This document shows, in pieces, positions 52,169-64,000 of a stretch of 64,000 bases of DNA. The notes under the pieces are model-generated. The model did not search any database. It was not told where the DNA came from and was given only the letters and a program-made list of their open reading frames with translations. The DNA is from Daphnia carinata. Lineage: Eukaryota. The stretch's first letter is position 1. The number at the start of each line of letters is the position of its first letter. Position numbers and translations under genes: made by a program. The stretch is from assembly GCF_022539665.2 (NCBI RefSeq), contig NC_081331.1, positions 6,944,001-7,008,000 of the forward strand, written 5' to 3'.

Positions 52169-55100
52169 TAGCGACAAGACGGTTTCGAAATTAACCTAGA
52201 ATTTCTTCAGTATTATTCACCAGCATAAAAGAGCGATACATTTCGTAGCGATCGATGTAAGGAATGCTGCGTCCAATGACTCAGACGACTTGGATGGACA
52301 TGCAACTTTCGAGAAAATAAATTGAACTATGCAAAGAAAAAAAAAAAAAAATTGGCCATGTCTTACAGACAGATACATGTGGAAGGATAGAAGAACTGGG
52401 AGTCATGCTGAGCTCAACCTTTTTGTAATGACACGGCCAATCCAGCGAATTGGCATGACGAAACAATACATTCATTTCATTCTTTTCCAAGCACGTAAAA
52501 CGAGCACGCGGAACAAATGGCCCATGTGAATGCCGGACCTTAGTTCTTTCTCTCTTTTCTGCGTAAAAATTACTTATGCTTAAATTATCCTTCCTCCGAA
52601 TTTACAAAAAGACAAGAAAATAAATGAACGGAAAGCTTTTCCATTATTCTTGTCGACACACCTGCTTTCAGCTCCCCGGTCGATGGCAAGCGTTCGTTGT
52701 TCTTTAGCGTGTGGCAATACGTTGTGTACAACGAAACAAGTCTCGTTTTAGAAAACAAGGTCCCTAACAACTTAACATGACTCGATGGCCTCTCTCAGCT
52801 AAAACATGCGACGATCGACGAAAGCCAACCGATGTTTTTTTTTCTTCAGACAAGGACTCGGGGGAGGGTAACGAAAGTCAAAAACTCGACTAACGAAACG
52901 GGGTCGATGGATGGGTTCTTTGCATGTCAACGCCATGTTTCACGGCGATCGTACAGCAAGCCGAGAAGTAGGTGAACAAACCTATAACACACGTCAGACG
53001 AGGCTGGGCAGAAGCACTAACGTATACACTGATATTCAGCGTAACCAATCGCTTTCCGAGAGTCGGTGCCTTTCTGACGGACACGGTATAGGACAACAAG
53101 TCACGCATCTGATCCAATTCAGGAACGAATACATAACTGATGAAAACTCCCCCCTTCCAAAGAAGTGCACTGCGAGTGAGTCACTGATCAACTATGTTTT
53201 TTTCAAAGACATCCATGAATGGATATAGTTAAGGGATGCCGGTGGAATGGTGTTGATGAATTTGTTCCGAAATAAGCGGCGCCGAAATTGGCAGCGAATC
53301 AAAAGCAAAAAGAGTTGCTCTTGGAAGGCGCAATCCGAGATGAACAATCAAACATCGTCAGCGTTCGTCATTCACGGTATGCGCTCTACAAGTCTCTTCT
53401 GAAAAGTCGGAACGAAAGAAGAACAAGAAAGAAAAGAAAGAAATGTTTTTTTGTTTTGTTTTTCGTTTGCGAGAGAGGCACTCGAAAACACCACGTTCTT
53501 TTTTATCTGAACTGCAATCAGCATCTCGAAATAGAACAACGAAGAGAGCTGGATACGGACGGTCGCCCCCGTCGTAGCAAAACAAGAAAAAGAGAAATAT
53601 AAATAAAAAAATAAATAAAAAAAAAAAAAAAACTCAGCAGCAGTTCCCGAAGGGAGACGAAAGAATTTATAGGGCAGCTTCGGCAACATTCTAATAAAAG
53701 AAAATAAAAGTCAGTGGCCCGCAAACTACCCGGCGACTTTATTTTATCGATGAGCCGTACCATTCCGGGTTTCTTCAAAAAAAAAATTGTTTGTTGTTTA
53801 TTTGTTTAAATTTGACATGGGAAATGTCATATATCAAGGCAGACGAAAGAAAAAAAACCGCATGTGAATGCGACTTTTGTTGCGTCGTATATCAACTGGA
53901 TGTTACCGTATGATGTAACTAAAGAATGCAAACCCTTGGCTTGCTCTTTGTACCTCTTGAATTCTTTTCAGTCCTCCCCCTTTTTTTAAAATATAAAATT
54001 CATTTTCGTTTTCTTTACAGCAATAAAAAGCTGATAATGATTTGAACAATGTTGAGTAGTTTCCTTGAAACCACGTACAGCGAGGGGATAGCGAAGCTAT
54101 AGATAAAGCACATACAGGTCCTATAAAACATGCGGGGCTGGGCACTCGACCAAGAATGGAAATATTAGAAGATAAAGGGTGAAGAGCCGTGACGAAATGA
54201 AATCAGAATTTATATACGAGCCATTCACACGTCTCGCCAAACCAGCCACTCGATAATGGCAATGGGTTCTTTCCACCATTCATTCGTATAGCTGACTGCT
54301 TCGAAATTGAAACTGTGCACCTAAGCAAATATTTGAGTACGAACGAAGAACATCCCTACATAAAAAAAAAATTAAATGAAAAATGAAGAACAACATTCTT
54401 CGTGCCGACTGGGTCTATCGTCTAAAGACATTTTCTATTAAAGGCGACATAAATTTCATTTGAAAAAAAAAATTAGTCACATCAAAAGGGAAGAAGACAA
54501 GTGTTGCTCTGGAAACTGTAAATAACGACAGCCGATGCTAATTCACGATGTATTTCTATTCATGGAACCGTGATGCTGTGCTTGCGTTTCTCTGCCAAAG
54601 CGGGAGGGTCTTTTCGTGATCGATCATGAGCTGTGCCACAACCAAAGTGGCAACTCCAGAGGAATTCAAAAACAACCCGGACGTCAGGTAGATACGTGAA
54701 ATTCAAAAGAACTAAAGGAAATATACATGCACCAGAACAGAGCATCATGTGGTAATTATAACAGACCACTATATATGTAATAGTAGTTCGATTTTCCAAA
54801 TATTCTAAACTCGTGCAAGTTACAATATTCATGGGAAACGAATAGAATTCCAAGAATAACTCAATCTTCGGGATAAGGAAGGAGTTCGAACACCATCCAC
54901 ATACGTACATATGCGCGTGTCGGGTTGCTTTCGTTGCGCGTAACATCTGTCTTTCATTGTAAGGATCGAAACCCAGCCGACCTTCGTGGTTTAATTTGGT
55001 CAAACGCATAAATCAAACGTTACGATGAAATGTGTAAAACTATGATCCGATTCGACGTATGTCGATGTGGGACCAAAGATATCGAAACAACCGCAATCAA

Positions 55101-56481
55101 GTTACGTTATTTACAAATTACAAGAAAAATACTTTCAAAAAATGCGCGAGGTGAATGACGAACTAGTTTAAATTCGTTGCGTGAAAAACCCAGACAGAAA
55201 AAAGAAATTATGCAGTGAATAGAAGAACTTCGACTGACATTCACGAAAAACTACTTGACGAATCCATCATTTTGAGTTTCGCCGAAACGCCACAATTTCA
55301 TCGTGACGTCGGCAATTGAGCCGTTGTTGGCTTCTAACGTAATCCACTCGACCCGATTGCACTGCAACGAGACGACAGCCCCAATCAACGCGTCATCCAG
55401 TGGCTGACGTATAAACTGATGCATATCATTCTCGAATGGCCTTCTGTCTGCCATGATTTCCATCACACAACAACCATGACGAAAAACGTGGGACACGTCA
55501 CCTTTGAACTGTTTGCTAAATTCGTTTGCTCCAAACACGACGTGCCTTCACGTACAGGCGAGTTCACGCCACTCTTTCTCAAACACACTATACGTTGTGT
55601 GAACGTTTGCGATGACTCCGTTTTTCAAAATGTTTGTCCTTGTTTTGTGTCGGAAATATAAATAGAATTTTAAAAAAAAACTTACGAGCGCGAGAAAACA
55701 AAACGGAGTCTTTTAAGCATTCATTTTTCTCTATATTTTTTAAAGGAAATGGCGAAACGTGTGTGTGTGTGTACCGTTCGTGTTTTGGGGTCTGCTAAAG
55801 CGTGACGACCAGCATAAAAGAAAAATGAAAAAGCCCGTCCCTTTTTACAAAAAAATAAAACGCAATATTCCACTGTAGACAGTGTGTTCCGAATAAATAC
55901 CACTGGAATAAATAGAAGATGACCACAAACGAGCAAAAGTCAGTGCGTGCTTCATTTGGAAAAACCAGTGCTTTTCGGGGTTACTGGTCTCCCCTTCTAT
56001 TATTCGGTCGCGTCGCGGTCACTTCCGAAAGAGAAAAAAAAAAGAGTAGTTTAATGAATAATTTGCCTTCATTTTATCTCTTTGTAGGAAAAAAAGCGCA
56101 TCCGAAATTTGTTGCTGGGGCGTTTCGGGAGGGATAAGATGGTTATTATTCTTTCTTAAGGAGAAGAGCGATATTACAGGCAATGATCATCAAAAATGGC
56201 TCTTAAATATATTTTTTTTTTTTTTTTTTTAAAAAGGTGTCCAAACTGTCGAGGCCTTCCGCTCGTACAAGAAGTGTGCTGCAGGGACCATCGCTGTCAG
56301 GAAACGAAGGAAGTGGTCCATTAAAATGAGAGCGTCACGCTCAATTGATGATCATTTTCGAAACGTTTGCGGCTGCCGGGGCGCGTGACTTTAACGATTG
56401 AATCACGAAACGGACACACGGGGGCAAAAACAGGGACGTTCAAAGGAGAGAGGAGGGGGCGGGCAGGAATAACGTGACAAA

Positions 56482-56495
56482 CCACCAGGTGGCAC
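56482..56495 (+). promoter_or_regulatory. CTCF-like binding motif
   Basis: CCACCAGGTGGCAC matches the consensus CCASYAGRKGGCRS at every position. Confidence 0.45.
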
Positions 56496-59400
56496 TGCCA
56501 AAAATGTTGAGCAGCGGGAGACGAGCCGCCCGCGTGTGGCCACACACGCTCACGCAGAAAGTAGGAACAAAAAAAAAAGCCGACCGTCGTAATACATTCA
56601 AGTTAAAATGCCAATAGCGTAGGATGTGCGGCGCCATTTTAAACGGGCGTCCTAGTCTTCGCACTCCACTACAGTAAGATATATACACACGTTAGGCCGT
56701 CAGTCGATGTAGCACTGCAGAGAGATGCTGTTCCACGTTGCATTTCCTTTTCTTTTTCTTGAAATGTTTTATTGTAAGTTTCTCATAAGAGATAAAGCTC
56801 GACTGGGTACCTATTGCAGCCGGTGTGTTCCAGCATCACCTAGCCCATTATCCGTTGCCCATTTCTCCTATCGATTTTCCAATTCAAATAGCCATTCTTC
56901 AGTGTCAGATGTTATGGCTGTCTGGAGGATATAACCAATCGCCGAGGACGATGTCCATTACGATTAGGATTTTTTTTTTTTTTTTACCTGTAACTATACC
57001 CTCGAGTGCCATGTTGGCTTGTCCTAAACACCAATGAAAAACCAAAAAAATCGGAGGTTTTGTGCGGGTCAAGTTCCGGTTCATGCCCCACAAAAGAAAC
57101 AGAACATGATCGTAATAATAGCTAATCATCATTGGTGTCGGGGATAATTTGAAGACCACCTATTACGAGCACACACGAAATAAAAACTACAAAAAAAATT
57201 GGGAAAATACGACGTGTTCCAGAGTTGCTGTCTCACCAAAACCGCGACATTGTCGTCTGTGCCAGTAAAAAAAGAAAAAAACACCTTTTCTTTTTATACT
57301 TGTTTTGTTGTTCTCTTGTTTTCGGTACATACTATATAAGAGTCCTCTTTCCGGATGTTTATATACTGCGCACACACCGACACTAACAAAAGAAAAGAAA
57401 AACGATCACGGCTGCAGGCTACTCACGTTGATGGCAAGGCTGGCTTTGTTTAGGGTTGGCGTCTACGGCGCTCACGATGTCAAAACATCGAAAAAATATG
57501 ACAATCAAACAATTGGGCCACTTGTAACTTCAATTCAACTTTAAAACGCGCCCCAAAATCCTGCAATCAACGTGAATTCGGATCACAAAAAAATAAAACT
57601 TGAACACAGAAAGACATAAAAACTCAAAATAATTCAATAAGATCTACGCGCACCTTTAAAAAAAAAAGGTCCTTAATAAATTTTTTTGTTGTATCTTTTT
57701 TTTCCAAAATAAACACGGCCTCCACTGGCCGGTTTTTTGTTTCCCCTCCACAAGTTGTGAGATACGATGCGGAGGAAATATGAGAGTTCCCGCACGGCGT
57801 GCGTGCGTTCATTGCCTCACACATTTAATATTTCACGGCTGAGAAGACCACCGGACAAGTCACGCGCGTCTTTTTTTACATCGTATTGGTAGAATTTCTA
57901 CGAGTAATTTTTTGAAACCCTGTCTTCTCTATATACTTTTAGGCCTTGTGTTGCTTAACGTTGTTTGTTGTTATTGTTGTCGGTGTGTTATTTAGTCTGC
58001 GCCGGATTGCCGGTTGCAACGGAAATCACGGGAAAACGCAGAGACCGCGCATTCTCAGGTGCATCAAAGTAGAAAGGGCGTGACTACATCCTTTTTAGAC
58101 CCGAGGCAAAAGAGGAATCAAGTTCCGCTTCTGCTGCCCCATCTCTCTCACCAACCACTTGAGTCTCGTACAAAACAACAAATATCAAGTTATTCCTTTG
58201 ATCGTCACGGTGTTACCTTTTGCCACCCTGTGTGACACAGACACACATAGTCAGGACAATCAAAGTTGGTCGCACAGGGTTTCAAAACATCAAACGAAAT
58301 TTAGGGGAAGAAGTGAGCATATTAAGACACATTAGACGAGCCACGCTCTACTGCCCGGCTCATCTGAAAAATACAAAAATGGCCTCAAGAAAAAGGCGGT
58401 GAAATGGAACTCGATTGCAATCGAAACGAAACGGACGTAGAGCAAAGCTAGGCCCATAGGCTTACGTTTTTCTTTTTGAAAATATCATATGACTCCTTGC
58501 TGGCACCCCTAAAGGGATATCAAAAGACTTGACGGGCGGATCTTCCAGCTGTCACGTTCCCCCTCCGTAGCCACATGAATATACACACAGTATAAAAAGA
58601 TAGCCATTTTATCTTTCTCTTTTTCAAAAAAATCCCCGTTGAGCCTTTTTTTTTTCATCCAAAACATACAGGACGCTCTTACGTTTTTTTTTTAAAAAAA
58701 AAAGGTAAAGTTTGGGGTAGGCACATAACGCCATTCTTCCCTATCTGCGACGCTTGCTCTCCCCTCCATCATCAACGGACCATGTGATGCAATAGCAGTA
58801 AACGTGGGGGCATTAGTTGAAATCGTATGTGATGAGACTGTGACGACCGAGACGGACATTCAGTAAGCACATTTCCGTCCCAGCCGGCATGTGTCATTCT
58901 TTTTTTTTTTTTTTAAATGCATGTGTTCCCATTCACTGTGAATTGCAATTCGAGAACATTATGGTTGCATTCGTAAGCGGTCAGCTATATGTAGGACGTT
59001 GTATTGGGTGCAAACGTTAGGTCGACAACAATGGTCGATGCGTGGCATGTTTTCACATCCCGAAATATTGGCAAATACAGGTTTCATTTCCCACTAACGT
59101 GAAGCCATTTATTGACTCGCATACCACGTCACTTTGCATTCTTCTTGGTATAGTTTGGCAGACACCACCTCGGCGTTGAACAAAGTATTAACATCGGTAC
59201 CGAAATGTCCTTTTCACGGCGGTGCCAATGATCTTGTCTTTGGATAATATGACGGTATGAAAGAAGAGGTGGATACGATGCCCCGTCATTGTTGACTAAT
59301 CGGATGACAAAATACACGGGACGCCCACTTGGCTCGCTATATTTATGGCTTCATTATTATTATTTTTTTCTTCATTGACATAGGACATGTTATAACGCAT

Positions 59401-62400
59401 CTAGGCCTATTCGGTCAGGTCACAATCCAGTTAGGAACACAGCAATTTTTTGTTCTAACAAAAAAAGGCCATGGATTGGAAAACAACAGAATGTTCATTG
59501 ACATTTATGGGGCCTCAAATTACGAAGAACAGGATTAACTTGAACGATAACATTGTGCCCTTTTAATGACCTAGTTTGATTCATTCATAGAATAGCCGTA
59601 GCAAGCTTATTAGGCGCTCTTTAAATGGTCAACGCGCATTCCAAATACTGTATGTTTGGCTCCAAATAAATAACAATATCAGTTCGAGCTACAAGGAAAA
59701 TATGATCGCGGGAAAAAAAAACAGCATAAAAGAACGAGAATGATGATCGCACTTTAGAACGCAATCCAATTAGGTAAATGCAGTGGACGGGCGCCTAGAG
59801 AGCGGCCAGACCACCCCCTTGTTTCCCTTTGATCGGCCAAGCGTGAGCGACGAGGATGGGTAAGGAGAGGAATCTTGTTTGACTGGCTTCAACAATATGC
59901 TTCGGCTTTTACTCGTTGGCCAGCTCGCTCATTATGTCGGTTTCACTAAAGGAACACCCCGATTCTAGAACACATCAGGGGTTCACTCATTTCTCTAGTA
60001 TGCAAGTTGATCAAGTTGACGTGACCTGAATCTCTGAGGTATAAACTCTGCCCCGTTTAAAAATAATTTCTCTTTATGCCTAATTATAATACGCCGATTG
60101 TCGACGGTGACACATACTAATATATTATAGTTTAAACATTTCCTTCTTTTTTTGCCGAGCCATATCACATCCATTATTGAAAGAGAGCTTTGAAAACGGA
60201 AACGATAAGAGAGAAGTTAGGGAGTGAAGAAGATCGTTTATTTTTTTTTTTTTTTTTTTGTTATAGCATCGAAACGACGAGGATAACGAGATGCACGTGT
60301 CGCAGAACCTACACCGACGATACTAAGGCGCGACATGTGAACGTTGCCGGAATCATTAGCCAAGAATTCCGCGTCGGTGACGTGCTACACATTCTATTTA
60401 TGACACGACTCAATGGAAATCGTTACTAAGGGTGTGTGCGTCTGTGTGTGGGTGTGTGTGTAAACGCGGAGCACCCACCGCTTTTATTCGAATCGAATGT
60501 CATAGTCTCATAACGAGGGGTTGTGTACACGGTTGAACTTGGATATACTGATAATTGTAACGTCATACTAACAACTGCGTCCTTTGCTTCATTCTATGCA
60601 GAGCTTTCAATGGCAAATCAATAAAACGAGTCAATCAATTTTCCCTTCCCCTCCCCCCTCCCAACCCCCCACAAAGTCCTGTTCTCAATGGCTCCCTCTT
60701 TCATACACACATAAGCGGGTAATATCTGGTAAGTTATTAATGTCAATTGTTTAAAAAAAAAACATTTGTCAGAATTTCTTTAATAGCATAAAAATGGTCA
60801 ACTATTCAGGTGCCAGTTTATGCCGTATCGCGGGATTGGCATCGTCTGAATACTTTCACGTATATGCTAATGCCCTCGTTGTTTATCACAACAATAAAAC
60901 AAACAACAACACAAAAAAAATACAACGTCTGGGAAACAGGTCTGAGGCTGTTTTTCTTTTGGCTATCTCGAGTTACCCGTAGGGCGTGATGCTGAAGGAA
61001 ATTTAAAAAAATTAAACAAAAAATAAAGTCGTGATACACCATTCCGATCGTGGCACGGGCAATCGAGCATCGCTCAGTCATCCAAACTCGAACCCGCCCG
61101 GACGCGATTTACGATGCCGATTTGAGCTCACGTACAACCAGTGGATATGGTCGGCCAACAGGTATTTTATTTAAAAAAAAAAAAGGGCGCAATCCAAAAA
61201 GAAATTAAGAGAAAGCTGTGGCTTTAAGACTACGGATGCGGCTTTGGTGGTGGCCGCCATCATGGCTGCACCACCACATTTTGAAAATGAAACGCCGAAG
61301 CCAAAAGGAAGTCTCATCCATCACTTGACACGTTAGCTGTTCCTACTTCCCGAAAAAAGGTTATCAAACGCACTTTTGGTAAATAGCTATGCATGACGAA
61401 TACTATCAGCCAAGCATTCACAATTTTTTGTGTTTCAAAACCGATCGTTGAATGAGTGTTGAGCAATGCCGGCCTCATCCATTCCATTGGCATTCGAATC
61501 ATCGGCATTTTCAAACAAAAGAAAGCAATCAACATGAATGGCCAGCTTAATTATCATAGTTAGAAATAGAAACGTCGGGTTCTATGCAGCATTAGCGGGG
61601 ATAAATCAAAGAGCGATGGAGTGACAGTCCATGAGCGGCAAGCAACATCGGATTGTTAATGTCAATCGTTAAAGGGGGAACAAATCCATCGTTCCGGCTG
61701 AAGTGAGGAATCTCGCAAAGGCCGTCTTACTTAGACGGCCATTTTGGCACAACAATTTCCTTTTGTTATGACGACGTACTGTATTTTCGAACGAGTGTGA
61801 AGTGAACATCTGTTGGTCCATCTGGACAGAGGCCGAAGAGAGGCCCATCGCACTCCTCCCCATCACTCCATCTCTCATTCGGCGCGTATTACCATTCGCC
61901 TTCAACAGCTTTGCTTGTCAATAGAGTGACGGCCTAACACCATCTCTCTAAGAGGGCAGGGCGTGAGTTCACTATGCACTGTACGTGGAAACAGAAATGA
62001 ATACAAAAAAAAAACGTGGATGGGGAGGGGGGGGGGGGGGGGGAGACTGCCAAATATCCTTAAGTCCAGCCGCCCCCTATGGTTCGTCAAGTCGTCCATC
62101 ACAGCGTGTGAAAAGTTCCGAGCCGCGCTAAGCATTTCTCTCCTTCGTTACAATACACAAGACCCAGCTCGTCATAGGGCTGCCCGGTGTGGCTATTTTG
62201 ACTATTTAAATTTAGAATTCTTATGTATTGGCTGTAGACAGCGAACGAGAAAAATAAAAGCCGCTTCGTTTATTTTCATAAGGATTTTTTTTTTCTTGTC
62301 CGTCACGCAGGAACTTGATGTTCATTCCTTTTATCCTTTTCTTTTTCGCCATCGAGATTTCTGTAATCAGTTGGCGATGACCTAGTGCTGATGGAACCAT

Positions 62401-64000
62401 AGAGGCAACTTCCGCGTTCGTTACATCTAGCCATCAACAGCTACTCATTATATAAAAACGAAAAAACCGTTACTTTGTCAAAATGGTACATCCCCCTCTA
62501 CAAGACGTTAGTTGCTTATTGGGACGCACGTATACACAGGGGGTAATTCAAATGATTTGATTATTCAAAAAAAAAAAAAAATACGAAAGGCGATGAAACT
62601 GACACGAGCAAAGAGGAATCTCAAGTTATACGACGTGTCCATCTTTCGACATCTCAGCCAACACCTTGTACACACAAACACGGAATAAAACGGCTAGCAA
62701 ACTATAAATAATCCTCATACGAAAATCGTTAAAAGAAAGAAGAAAAACATTGCATTCTTCTTTAAATTGTGCGCTATACGGCTGTTCGTTTTCTTTAAGA
62801 ATACATATTTTAAATCGCCGCCTTGCCCCCCCGTGGCAAAGCCGTTCTCTTTCTCTTTCGCAACAGTTATTTTTTTTTTCCTTCAACATTGGAAAACGAG
62901 GCCTGCGTGTTCCGTATACACATGTGTTGTTAGTCATCGTTGGAAAGTTAAAAATTCTTTTTAATTAATGATTCATTTTTCGCGTTTAAGAGTAACGTAT
63001 ACCACGATCATAGCAGCCGCACTCCAATAATCCAAATAAATGAAAATAAAAGCTCATCGATTATTTTCGATAAACGCTTTCAAAGTGCGGATCACATTCA
63101 GAGTTTCGAAATATGTAAAAAAAAAAAACTAAAACGCCAATCGAAGGACATTTCTATTTCGTTGGGGGAAAGTTGAGTCAAACGCTTGGGAAATCGGTTG
63201 TGTTTCTTGCACACACACACACACACACATACAAAAAAGAGAAACAAAAAACGAAAATTACCAAAACCCCCAAGAGAAAAAAAAAACAAAACGGTTCACG
63301 ATTCATTTATCTACACACAGTCGTGATATTACATATTGGTTATTGGCCAGCCAGCAGCTGCGGGGTAGAAATCGCTCGCCGCTGGAAGCCATCACTGCAC
63401 ACACAAGCTAACCCTTTTGGTTTTTTTTCGTTTTGTTTTGTTTTTTCCATATCTTGCCCATTTCCCCCTACGATTTACCTGTATCCCATATGTATGTATG
63501 TATATAAGATGGTCTTTTTTTTTCTACGACCATTTATAATGCATGTTAGAGAAATGCCTAGGATAGAAACCGAAAAGGGGAAAGAAAAGTTGAGGAATTT
63601 TTTTCAGAGTCGGGATGTCTTTCATCTTATCATACAGCCGACTGCATTGGGCTCCCGTCATCAAGACCCCCTTTTGCCTTTTAATATATACACACAAGCA
63701 AATCGAAGGGAGAAGAAGAAAAAAAGAAAGAGATGGAGGTTCTGTTTATCTTCATATCTTTTCTTCCAAAACAGAACGGACTACCTTATGCTGGATAACT
63801 ACATGTAGAGTGGGCCGATGGAGCACCTGCCAAACAAATGTTGATCCACGAGACGTTAACAAGGTGATGGACCCTCTCCATCCCTCTAACATTCACGCAA
63901 AGACGCCACCGTTTTTTTTTTTTTTTTTTTAGCTTTGCTTGTGTTTTTCTTTTTCTTATTGGGTTGTGGAATTTTGTATATTTACAACATGATTTCTTTT

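Noticed and set aside
61082..61156. GGTTCGAG B-box-like motif on the minus strand (similar at ~45474 on plus)
   Set aside because: No pairing T-arm or cloverleaf, so not a tRNA. No second copy to suggest a SINE.
61246..61277. Short GC-rich imperfect hairpin (tggtggtggccgccatcatggctgcaccacca)
   Set aside because: Too short for a pre-miRNA and matches no conserved miRNA I recognise.

Overview
Eukaryotic, gene-poor genomic DNA. It is AT-rich, full of long poly-A/T runs and (CA)n/(GA)n microsatellites, and appears to have short introns. The style suggests an arthropod such as Daphnia, but that is inference only. The one convincing protein-coding feature is an uninterrupted, GC-richer 1258-codon ORF on the minus strand (33568..37344). 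Its protein has a basic N-terminus plus a heptad leucine-zipper coiled coil, long low-complexity linkers, a ~180-aa globular region (aa ~698-876) and a Cys/Trp-rich C-terminus (LPWCGCWGNGCL*). The globular region reads like the tandem RRM-like domain of non-LTR retrotransposon (L1/Tx1-type) ORF1 proteins and ZCCHC3, but lacks the zinc knuckle. No ORF2 (endonuclease/RT) follows. Upstream there is a TATA-less Inr+DPE core promoter (predicted TSS 39465), candidate 5'UTR splice sites and two short uORFs. The best hypothesis is a host gene carrying a domesticated LINE-ORF1-type RNA-binding module. The rest appears non-coding, with several CTCF-like motifs and a few candidate minus-strand exons of unknown transcripts. 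The other ORFs in the track look like artefacts of homopolymer-rich DNA or shadows of the long CDS.
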